A DNA stretch of 64,000 nucleotides from assembly GCF_021869535.1 (NCBI RefSeq), contig NW_026262668.1, positions 12,276,001 to 12,340,000 of the forward strand. The letters are read 5' to 3'. The notes under the pieces are model-generated. The model worked only from the letters and a program-made list of their open reading frames with translations, had not been told where the DNA came from and did not search any database. Positions 38,801 to 50,600 of this stretch are shown here, piece after piece. The stretch is from Mytilus californianus (Eukaryota). Numbering within the stretch: position 1 is the stretch's first letter; each line of letters opens with the position of its first letter. The position numbers and the translations under genes were made by a program.

Positions 38801-39916
38801 AAAAGTATATTTTAACAAAACACATTTGACTAGCAGGTCGAACAACGCATGTTCTTAAACCCTGCTGACTACCATGGCGATTGCCAAATAAACGGATCAC
38901 TAGATTTAACCAAATGATCTTAATTTTTGATTTAATACCAAACAGAAAACAATAAATTTGCGGAAAAGATGGTATACCGCAAACACGAGGTGCAAAAATG
39001 TGTACACCATATCCGTATTTCGACAATTAATGTCTCTTCAGTTATGTTAGGAATCGAAACGGTATTTGGAAGGCCATATAATTTACCTCAATTTAGGATT
39101 GACTCTTGAATTTTGAAGAGTCGAAATAGGATGAACGGATTATATAAACCCGCAGGCAAATATATTACAAACCCAAACGAAAAAATATAAACAAGTCTTA
39201 ATTGATAACAACGTTCAACCTATTTAGGAAAGACACAGCAAAATTTTTTTACAAAAATTGACATATCAATGATATTCCATGTCGGCACAACAGTGATACC
39301 CTCAAATCGTCAATCAGTTGGCCATCTGTGTAATGAATAGTGATCTCAATTAATTTTCAATTTTGTGTACAGTAAATGCACATAAAACAGGTCATGCATA
39401 CCTATAAGCAAACAGAAATAAAATCGTTAAATCTTGTAAAATGCTGCCGTTCATTAAAAATGTATATGGATAGACATGAACTTATATTATTTGACAGACA
39501 CCTGTATGCCAACTTTATATTTGACAAAAAAATGCTTGTTCAACTTTGCAAATGTTTATGGGCCATCTGAGACATAGACAAATACGAAAATGATAATTAC
39601 GTTGTCTGTAACAATAACATAAACAGTACTTATTTTACTGAACCAGATGCGCATTCATAATTTCAGTGGTGCTGTATAACTATTGAATAAATGATATACA
39701 TATGACTTCATTAACATTAATTGATTATAAGCGATATCGTGTTCCTTTTAATAAAAATCTACACCAATCTACCTACAGGTTCCAGATGCTGCTATCAAAG
39801 AATGTGAGAATTACACTCTTGATCTTTCCCAGATGGGTTTTGTACATCCTAGTAAATCACAAACAAGTCGTCCGAATCTATCCAAAGAGCAACAAGAAGC
39901 AGCCGCCAGAAGTTAA
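29896..39916 (+). CDS. PhyH-family Fe(II)/2OG dioxygenase, copy B, 306 aa, 9 coding exons
   Basis: Exons 29896-29926, 30946-31027, 31470-31560, 32786-32896, 33911-34002, 35306-35396, 36156-36288, 37453-37604, 39779-39916. Exons 2-9 have the same lengths and phases as in copy A; total 921 nt; HQD, distal His and RRW are retained. Confidence 0.93.
30205..30366 (+). repeat. Dispersed repeat fragment inserted in intron 1 of copy B only
   Basis: Reverse-complement match to ~40520-40685; the flanks join directly in copy A (~12060-12080). Confidence 0.7.
34404..35069. mobile_element. TIR element with an internal ~30-nt-period palindromic array, intron 5 of copy B
   Basis: Perfect 20-bp inverted repeat CATTCCGCTGCGTGCAAAAG (34413-34432) / 35041-35060; about 13 TTTCCT-N-AGGAAA-like palindromes at ~34600-34945; not present in the copy A intron. 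No TSD recognised. Confidence 0.75.
36598..36858 (+). mobile_element. tRNA-derived SINE (V-domain-like core) with a 14-bp TSD
   Basis: Box A TGGCCGAGTGG, box B GAGTTCGAACCC, core ggttttctccggacactccggcttcctccacc; TSD ctgatttatgaaga at 36584-36597 and 36859-36872. The family assignment is tentative. Confidence 0.88.
37943..38359 (+). mobile_element. Retrozyme monomer, family 2 (353-nt unit, ~65-nt terminal redundancy), intron 8 of copy B
   Basis: 3' half-hammerhead at 37943-37970 and full motif at 38280-38323 (gcgtca CTGATGA gtc ttatgta gaa GAAA cgcgca TC tggcgt); cleavage positions 37964 and 38317. Confidence 0.85.
38661..39219 (-). mobile_element. Circularly permuted family-1 retrozyme monomer, intron 8 of copy B
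   Basis: Same unit as the 23187-25526 array. Begins and ends with ~aacaagtctaaattgaaaacaacgttcaa; hammerhead at 39004-39047 (core intact, stem III tacgga). Confidence 0.85.
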
Positions 39917-42589
39917 CGTTGTCACATTTAACTTGTATTTCAAATTGCGTTATATAATGAGATTATGATAACTTGAATTGTAAAAATGGTAAATTCCTTT
40001 TTAAACAATATGTATTGAAATATTGAAAATTGATTATTTCAAATATATATAAGCACCTTAGATCAACGCAGTTTTTGATTGTTTTTGTCTTTTGTTTTCT
40101 TTGTAGTGTTTTGTGAATTTTTTTTTCACGCAGTTGTCATTGATCTCGACTTTGGAGTTTTGAATACCCCTTGGTATTTTCCGCCTCATTTTGAAATTTA
40201 TTACATCCAAGAATTTACCTGCGAATAAAGTATGTATTGCGAATAAAGAGGAATGGTGAAAAGACATCGACCAAATCGTAACAAATTTTGTGTTAATAAA
40301 AATCAAACATCTTGATATTGTCAGTTACTGAGAGTTTTTTCATATGAATCAAATATGCTTTTTTAACAAACTATTTAAGCCCGCTGCGTTTGTTTGCGCC
40401 TGTCCTAGTTCGGGAGCCTGATATTCAGTTGTTGTCGTTTGTTGATGTGGTTCATTGGTGTTGCTCGTTTCTCGTTTTTTTTATATAGATTAGACCTTTG
40501 GTTTTCCTGTTTGAATGATTTTACAGTAGTCATTTTTGGGCCCTTTATAGCTTGCTGTTCGGTGTGAGCCAAGGCTCTGTGTTGAAGGCCGTACTTTGGG
40601 CTATAATGGTTTACTTTTACAAATTGTGACTTGGATGGAGAGTTGTCTCATTGGCACTCATACCACATCTTCTTATATCTATAAATGGCACTTAAGGAAT
40701 AAAAAGTTTATATTCATCCGCGGTCTTCTTTTACAAAATTCCCTGCCAATACACCTCTTCTCCCTTTTAAGTCCTATTTAAAGGAAATATGCTAGGTTCA
40801 ACGTAAGGTCCCAAACTTAAATGATTTCATAAGTGTTCTCATACTAAAGTGAAACTTGTGATTGACATTTTTTAATTGTTGGATAGTTTATTCCTATGCA
40901 AAGGTAAAGAAAAGAAGTAAGATTCTATTTAAGATAGTGTCAAAAAAAGTATGAAGGAGAACCTATTTGTTTTATTATGGACTGCATGCTAATGAGCTGG
41001 AATTTTATTTTATGGTATATGTGGTATTGTTTTTAATCCAAAATGCATTAAACCAAGAACTGGCCTTTTATGACATTTTGTGACATTATTTTAACAAGAA
41101 GTTTTAAAAATCAAGTCGCTGAAGCATTGTATATTTTCAAAAGGTACGCACGGAGAAAAAAATGAGACGAAATGCAAGCAGATTTGATACGAAGGCTCTT
41201 TCTAGTCACACCATGTCCTTTAACACTATGGTTCATATTTTTATCGACCTATACGATATGTAATATTTTCGCTCTGTTACTTTAACGAAAAGTCAGTTAT
41301 CGATTTTAGGAAATTCGTCCGATCTGCATATCAAATTTTAATGTGATCTTTTTTAAGAGTGATAAGTTTTCTTACTTTCCTTTCTAAGGCAATGCATTAC
41401 TTTTCTTTTTAAGACAATGAATTAATAAAAGGTAAACAAGCTTGTAATAATTTGGATATAAATAAATGTTTTGGCAAGATATAAAGCCCTGCAAGGTTCA
41501 TATTATTCACTCTTATTAAGAAATCAATGCATTGAAACGTATATTAATGCATTAAAGCAGAGATTAAAGAGAGGTAGAGTGTTATTTGCTATTATTTTGA
41601 TGTAAATGGTTTACGTCGAAATAAAAAACTAACAGTTGTTTATATGATGGGTGCTGTAGATTTATTTTTCCCCAAAGAGGTATTGTTCACATGAATAAAG
41701 GCAGCAGTATTTTAACGATAAAACCATCCAGAAGATACAAACAAGGTTAAAAGCAAAAACCGAGGAAGTTGCATAAACTCCAAAAGGACCGAGACCAGAT
41801 GCGAAAGGGTAAGGTTCTCCTGTTATACATGCATTTAACCCCTCCCCCATGTGAATCAATACCCCCCCCCCCCAAAAAAAAAATGTAACAATTATGAATA
41901 GGACGCAACCAGTACATTTAAAGATTGGACAACCATCCAAGTATCTTAAGATCTAAGAAATCTGAAAGCATACCGTAAGCTACTTTAGACACATCGCATC
42001 GGTCAACCAGTTCATAACGGTGAACGTCAAACTTGAATTGTCGATTTCAATCGTTTGTCATCAAAACTCTATTGGATCAGTTTTTTGTCAGGAACACGTC
42101 CGTGTTAATGAATCTTGTTTTAACATAAAATATTAATTACAGTTTTATGACTCTTTTTTAAAGTCTAAAACAATATTCTGATTGTTCTTACCGGAGTTTT
42201 CGCTTTCAGCATTGAGTATCAATTTTAATCGGAAATTTCAAAAAGTTATAGTTAATCTTTTAAAAAATTATCTATCAATAAATGCTTGAAGTTCATATCT
42301 TTTAACTCTTGTCAATATACCAGGAAATTTTACAAACATAAAAAATTCAAAACCGGAAGGGGAAACAGTCATATAATATTAGAAAATTTCCGATCAATAT
42401 TTTATTTAACCGGAACATTTTAACTTGTAAAAATTTATATGGTGTTGTACAGAGGTATGTATATTTTTCAACTATTATAACTTAATTAATAAGATAATCA
42501 TGATACGATGCATGGTTAATCCATTCATAGTACAGAAAAGACTTTATCACAGTGTCTCTAAACATAACATTGATATTCATCTGACGAGT

Positions 42590-42633
42590 ACATCACTGAA
42601 GAGATATTTTTTGTCGAAATGCGCATCTGGTGC
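42590..42633 (+). ncRNA. Type I hammerhead ribozyme, family 3, apparently intact
   Basis: acatca CTGAAGA gat atttttt gtc GAAA tgcgca TC tggtgc. Confidence 0.78.
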
Positions 42634-43508
42634 AGAAAAATTGGTACCGTTTAATGTTATTTCAGTACATTATACAGTGAATCTCATACTTGTCATAACA
42701 CTAACACACTCCATTTTTTTTTATCATACCTGGGATCAAAAGATTCATGTATCAGCCAAAGATCGATCAAATACAGTATTTTTACCACATCATCAATGAT
42801 ATTTTTAACATGTTATCAAAATAGTATTAAGGAAAATACCTTTTCTATAAATAGATTTTATCTATTTCACCTTCGAAAAGGACCTTTGGTAACCCTTTTA
42901 TCACTTCCTTTGTACGGTCAACCACACCGTTGTTAATCGATAATGTATGAAAAGTCCATATTTTGTCCCATTGAATTAAAAATCATAAAGTGTTATAATA
43001 AATCTGCCAAATAATACCGTTTAGATACTAGTCTTAATCTATATCATTATGTGTGTTTTTAGTTTGCCTTTCATGTTGCTTCAAGCCTTCAAGCTATTCA
43101 CATTTAAAAAAGACTGCAAAAAACTACCAAATTCTGTTCTAAAGCAACCCTATTTTATAATGTTATTGATGTATCAATAATGTAAACACTCCTTTAAGAG
43201 TTGGTGGAGTATTCGCCCATTAATGCACTTTTCAAAAGCCGACTAAAGGATGTTTTACTATATCCCCGTCTTTTATAACCTGTTACTACATTTTCGTACC
43301 AAATTTAAAGCGATATTTTCTTAAGCTAGCACTGGATCGGTACCACAACTGGTGGATTGTAGATCCCCGAGAGTATCATTATCGTGGTCGCTTCGAATTC
43401 GGTACTGATACAAATGATTAAAGTACCTTTCTTAAATTCTTCGTCGACAAATTCAGAAATGATAACAAGACTGTATTTACAACTCCCGAAGGCAAAGTTG
43501 ACGTCACA

Positions 43509-44513
43509 TGGAGGATTTGTCTATTTTTTTTAGATTCCCTTTGGTCATATATCTCATCAAAAATCGACACACAATAGCCTAGAAAAACATAAAATAGTAA
43601 TCATAAAATGAAACAACAGGGACCCCCCATGAACTTAGGTGCTCCATAAATGACAAGCAGTTCCTGTTTCATAAGGGGCATCTATTGATTTTGTATGATA
43701 AGTAATAAATTTGTAGTGTCATTAACTAGAAAAGGAATTCATCATAATCAGCATTGAGGTAAACCGATTTACGATTGCTTTCATAAAAAAATCCTATATA
43801 TGACTTTAACATTTAAAAGGGGACATAATAAAAACGAAAAACGTGGAGGATTTGTCTATTTTTTTTAGAATCCCTTTGGTCATATATCTCATAAAAAATC
43901 GACACACAATAGCCTAGAAAAATATAAAATAGTAATCATAAAATGAAACAACAGGGACCCCCCATGAACTTAGGTGCTCCATAAATGACAAGCAGTTCCT
44001 GTTTCATAAGGGGCATCTATTGATTTTGTATGATAAGTAATAAATTTGTAGTGTCATTAACTAGAAAAGGAATTCATCATAATCAGCATTGAGGTAAACC
44101 GATTTACGATTGCTTTCATAAAAAATTCCTATATATGACTTTAACATTTAAAAGGGGACATAATAAAAACGAAAAACGTGGAGGATTTGTCTATTTTTTT
44201 TAGAATCCCTTTGGTCATATATCTCATAAAAAATCGACACACAATAGCCTAGAAAAACATAAAATAGTAATCATAAAATGAAACAACAGGGACCCCCCAT
44301 GAACTTAGGTGCTCCATAAATGACAAGCAGTTCCTGTTTCATAAGGGGCATCTATTGATTTTGTATGATAAGTAATAAATTTGTAGTGTCATTAACTAGA
44401 AAAGGAATTCATCATAATCAGCATTGAGGTAAACCGATTTACGATTGCTTTCATAAAAAATTCCTATATATGACTTTAACATTTAAAAGGGGACATAATA
44501 AAAACGAAAAACG
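43509..44513. repeat. Three near-identical 335-bp tandem units
   Basis: Units start at 43509, 43844 and 44179; only a few substitutions between them. Confidence 0.95.
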
Positions 44514-44688
44514 ACGAACAGACAAAAATCCAGTCCACTCAACACTTCATTGAAAACTCTAGCTGCAGTTTAATTCATGATTGGAATAAACTCAGAACAA
44601 CCTCATTGACAACCTTGTAAATAAGTATTTGGAAATAAAAAAATACTGGTGTAGCCTCGTGCTTAAAAAATATTTTTATTTTATGCAG

Positions 44689-47600
44689 ATGGCAGATAAA
44701 CCAGCAGTTTTAACTAAATCACCGAAAAGTCCTTACAAACAACTAGAGGAACTTGTTTCGAAAAATCGTTTAAAGGTAAATGAAACTATGCAAATTACAG
44801 TATTCAAATACGAATTAATTATTTTTATCGAGAACGTTATTTGCGAGTCGACGTAAATAATGCTTCATTTCGTCGTATAATAACAAGGGATTTTCACAAG
44901 ATCTCATATCAAAGCAAGTGTTAAAGCCTTTAAAGTATTAGTTTTGATAAAAGAAATAACATGGCAGATTTGGACATAAAGTTTTGGCTGTTCGGATTAG
45001 GTCCTATTGACTTTAAAGGTCCCGAAGCTGGTGAACAGGCACATTTCCGCTTGAATACACGTTTATGTTTCCTTTCTGTAGCATATTATAATATTTCCTT
45101 CCTTTTTCAGGAATTACAATTACATAATATCAACAAATATACATCCAAACAACCATAAAACGATGCAAAAATCTACTATAAACAGCTTACTACTAAATTA
45201 TTTACATTTTAAGATTCTGTCTTTCATAAGCTGTCTGAAGTACAAAAAAGGAAAGAATGCAAACAAAAGTCCGACAAAGTGTATAGTTTTAAATATAGTT
45301 CCATTTGATAAAAAATCATATGATTAACCATGTACACTTTGTTCGATTAGACTCCGTTCCTTAAATTCAATTTTTGTCAGTTGTATTTGACTTGAATATT
45401 ATCATTGCTTCTCACTCGCTCTGTTGCTTGATAACATTTGATTTTGTCAGTTTTTGTAGACTTCCCCTTTTTGAATATACCTTGAAGTTTGGTTTTTTTT
45501 TTGTTATACTTTTATATTGACCAATCAAACAAAATAATAATTATAGATACCAGTGATAATGTACGTTATATTCCCAGTACTCAGTATTTATAGAGCTCCA
45601 ACTAAATCTTTAGAGAAAAAGAGAAGGCACAAAGAACATGAAGAATACAGTTCAAAACCAAAAGTTGACAGAAGACGTCAAACATGACCAAAAGAAAAAG
45701 GACGGGCAGAAAACAAGTCCGCGAATCATTACACAGAAAAATAAGGATTAAGCAACCCGAAATCTTTCTATTTTTCCATTTCTAAAAAGGGATTCAGATT
45801 AGCTTCACACTGGAAAGTTTAGCTGTTGCTGCTCTCCTGGTTAGTTGCACCCTTTAATATGCTTATGGCAAGACCTAGTAAATTTTAAAGTGTTATTGTC
45901 ATTTATAGCACTGGGTATCACCTACAATACAATCAGTACTATGGTAATGACATTATTTATAACATACTTATCTTAAGGATGTATTCTTCTGACGGTTTAG
46001 TCTTGTTGAAAACATGTGATACAAGTGAAAAGTATCAATGAATTTAAAAAAATATTTTATAATCAAACTTATCCCTGTGATTTACAATTGTTTTTGAGTA
46101 ATACAATTTTCAAATTTTATAACCAATTAAGTCAGTCTCATTAGTCAAAATGTTGAGAAAATGGGTGAGGGGTACAAGTAATGATTTTACTAGATACATG
46201 TACATCCCGTATCAATTTTTTCTTTTCTAATTTCTTAGATATGTATTTTTTCAATAATTTATAAGAAAGAAGTTGAAATAATATGCTTTTTGTTCTAAAA
46301 GAAAGAGAAAAATCCCAAATTTACAAAATTGACAACATGGTAAATTTGACACGAAAAAGCAACAAAATTTTATAAAACTTTCTTATATTAACACATACCC
46401 ATAGTTTTTTTAAGCTTACTTTATTCAGATTGGTCCACTTCATCTTCAGTGAAACTATGAAAAAAAGTTTAATTGATAATAGCCCAAAAATGGGTAAAAA
46501 TTGATGAAAAATGGGAAAATCATCAAAATTGGGTACTTTCAAATGGCTGTAGCAAAAGAAGAAGTGCACCACCATATGATTTTTTCTTCACCAATTTAAA
46601 AAGTAAGCTTCCAACTTCATCAGGTAAGGTAGACCTTGGATGAATGAGGTTGACAAATTATACTTTAAATGTGGGGACTGTGTCAAAACATTGATTATCG
46701 ATTTCAATAGGTAAAATTCAATTTGCGTGATGTTAACCAGGTATCTACACACTACTTGTTTCTTTTAAAATTAAATTAATTTAGAATAATCATTTTCTGA
46801 TATCAATGCTTATGATTATAGAACCGGAAAGGTGTACGTGTGTGCGCAGGGAGGGGGTTGGTTTTTCAATTATGCACTTCTAGATTTAAAAAAAAATCAC
46901 ATGATAAGCCACTTTGATTTTTTTATATTAATTACTGTTTTTCGAACATATCAATTTGTCACTCCACTACTGAACCTCGTCATGAAAACCTGAAAATGCA
47001 TGAAATATTTGTCACTGGACGAATAACATAAAACAATCAAGCAATCTCTACTAAACCCGCACAAAGCTCTACAGTCTGGTTGATTTTTTTTCCGGATGTC
47101 TCTATACACGCTTCCATTTACTTTGAGAGTTTTAAGCGCCTTATAGCGTGTTCCGCATATACCCGACACCCGAAAGATAATCAAAAGTTATTTTTTTACA
47201 TTATATTCTTTCTGCTCTTGGTCTTCATGTAGCTCTAAGTTTATGACGGCGATAGAGGGTAACGAATGGAGAACGACATGCGATACATTTTTTTTACCTG
47301 AAATGACAAAATCCTGGGGAAAATCTAATTCAATACCTGGCTTATTGAAGGCAGTAAATTAAAATATTGAGCATCATTCTGTTGTCCTAGGAAACTACTG
47401 CGGGTGAATTTTATATGATTCCTATTGTACACAAAAACCTGCGTAGGTATGGAATACCGGTTTGTGGAGTAAAATTGTGCCAGAGGCTCCATGTGTGATC
47501 TGTAAATGGCACGAACATTGCTGCCAATTGCCGCTAACGCTCTATTGTCGAATAAAAGGTATTTAGTGTATAGATTTCACAAAGAATCGGTATCTAAGAA

Positions 47601-50600
47601 TCTGTTTGTGCACTCGCAGCATGAACAGAAACTGCAAAGAGAAATATGCAGGAATATGTATTTAGGATATAAAACCGGAGAAAAAGGAGTCACATATTAC
47701 ATACATGCATTAGAGCGTATATGACAGGGAGTAATTTTTAGACTGTTTGAAAGGCTGGTCAAACGAGTCAGACAATTTCATACCTCAGAAATTGCAATGC
47801 GAAATGTTTTGAAACTTTTCATGAATATGTATAGGATGTCTTTCTTCAAAGATCCGTAGTTCGTTGGGTCGAACTAGTCACATTTTACATGAAAATGATA
47901 TAAGGGAAATTAAGCTATTCCAGAGTAGGTATTAACAGATCATTATGTATAAAATCATTTCCAGGGTCTAATAAGGCCTATCGAGGCCCTAGATGTGTCA
48001 TAGTGGTCATATGTGCAATTGTCAAAAAGTTTCAACCTCTGACAAAAAAACAGCAAACTATATCCAAAATGAATCCATAAGAAAAGTTGTACATTTTCAA
48101 TGTATATACATACATTGTGCAAAGTTTAAAAGCGCTTAGGTAAGGAGTTTATTACTCAAAACGGATACAACTCTTCTTCCGCTCGTCTGCACGTCCTTCC
48201 GCCTGCAACCTGGATTGCATCATATTATATGATAAGTCGATTCTGCATTGTGTGCAACCTGTCCAAAAGTTCTGACCTCGGGTAAACACACCTTTAAGTC
48301 AAATGGTCTGTCGCCATTGGTATCAAAATCGTAAAAAAATAGATTGGCAAATACATATTGCTTTAATTTTTAAGGGCTGGCGGGGGATTTGTTTCTCTCA
48401 TCCTTGACTACTTTTTCTCGGCTTTCTTCTGGATTTTATATCTTTTCTTCGGCACCCTTGCCTCCTATCAGTGTTCCAAAAGGAATAAATAGTTAGGGAT
48501 TTGTCATTTTTATTTATCGAGCATCACTGATAAGACATTTACTGTCGAATTGTGTATCTGGTTCAGAACAATTGTAACCGTCAATGTTATTCATTCCCCA
48601 CGAAATAATTATTATGGAATAATAATTTTGTTCCATAAGGAATATTCATATAATAAAATTGTAAATAATAAAGTTTTCAAAGGGACGTCTGTTATATGGA
48701 ACAAATATACGTGGACATCAGTACTTTGCGTTTTAAACACAAGATTCAATTGATTATTATACACAGGTAATTTAAATCTTTAAATTACTTTTGTGTTTTT
48801 ATACGATACCCGCATTTAAAGTCTAATTTGACAACCTCAGCGTAGAGTATATAACATTTCGTAACACGTCTACTTAGTCGCCTTTTGTTTAAATAGCTAC
48901 TCACATAATTAGATATTTAATATATTTATACATCCTGTGCTCCAAATGATTGGTTTTGAGCGTTGAGATTAATCCCAAAAACAAGTCGGAAGCACAGCAT
49001 TTTCAAAGTGTAATTTTCATTTCGACACGGAAAAGAGAACATGGTTGTCGCGAGTTTTGTCAAGGACATATTAGATCATATTAGCTTTCACATAATCATT
49101 GTTTTATAGTAGCAATAAAGCGTATCGAAGAAAATGTCTAATAAATTATTTAGAGATGCACAATCATAAATAATTTTATTTTTCGTGAACAGATTGGATT
49201 CAGGAAAGGATGTAAAAATAGCGTTAGACATTTTTTGAAAAGTTTTATTGATAAAGCTTTCAAATCAACCAAAAGAATATATGCATGTTTTATTGACTTT
49301 AAAAAAGCTTTTGACACTATAAATAGAGAGGCCCTGCTACACAAACTTGCTGAATATAACATAAAGGGACCTTTTTCAATATTTACAAAGAAATTCTATT
49401 TGTAGTTTAAGTCCCTGAAGGCATTACTGAGATATTCCCTTCCACAGTTTGAGTATAACAAGGCTGTATTTTTAGCCCTACCTTATTTTATTTTTATATA
49501 AATGACTTAACCTCCATTTTTGATAACTCATGTGATCCTGTAACATTACATAATATAAAATTGTCTAGTCTTTTATATGCTGATAACTTAGTATTAATAT
49601 CAGAATCTTGTGCCCCTCTTCTTGCCGACTTGTTTCTTTATTATTATGAGGCTGACTTTCCTGTTGACAAAACTTTGAATTTGTCGTAAAAATAAGGATT
49701 TTCGTATCCCAGGAATAGATTACCTTAGCTCTATTTGGCACAACTTTTTGGAATTTTGGGTCATCAATGCTCTTCAACTTTGTACTTGTTTGACTTTATA
49801 ACTTTTTTTATCTGAGCGTCACTGATGAGTCTTATGTAGACGAAACGCGCGTTTGGCGTATTAAATTATAATCCTGGTACCTTTGATAACTATTTATACA
49901 GGAACTTCTTAGGAAGAAAGATAAGAAGTTAGCAATATCCTTTTACTTTGCGTACCGCTATATAGATGATGTTCTCTCACTAAATAATACAAAATTTGGT
50001 GACTATGTTGAAGGAATCTATCCCATCGAACTAGAGATAAAGGATACTACAGATACAGTTAAGTCTGCCTCATATCTAGAAATTGACAATGAGGGTCGGT
50101 TGAAAACAAAACTTTACGACAAAAGAGATGATTTCAGCTTCCCAATTGTGAACTTTCCATTTCTATGTAGCAACATTCCAGCAGCGCCTGCATACGGAGT
50201 ATATATCTCCCAATTGATACGATATTCCCGGGCTTGTATTTCCTATCATGATTTCCTTGATAGAGGATTGCTGCTCACAAGGAAGCTATTAAACCAAGAG
50301 TTCCAAATGGTGAAGTTGAAATCATCCCTTCGTAAATTTTACGGACGCCATCACGAGTTGGTTAACCGTTATGGAATAATCGTTTCACAGATGATATCGG
50401 ATATGTTCCTTATGTCGTAACTACAATACCCTTCCCTTTTCACGAATGTGACCTACCGAATTAGACTATTTACCGGATTTGTAATAACATAAGCAACACG
50501 ACGGGTGCCACATGTAGAGCAGGATCTGCTTACCCTTCCGGTGCACCTGAGATCACCCCCAGTTTTTGGTGTGGTTCGTGTTGCTTAGTCTTTAGTTTTC

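Noticed and set aside
45111-45158. Acceptor-like site followed by ELQLHNINKYTSKQP* as a caspase exon
   Set aside because: In-frame stop and no dsRBD similarity; exon 1 joins 52255 in phase.
50435-50500. Possible SECIS in the family-2 Naiad tail
   Set aside because: The in-window copies have ACGA or CCGA instead of ATGA and helix II pairs poorly; the TGA-bearing 5' region is absent.
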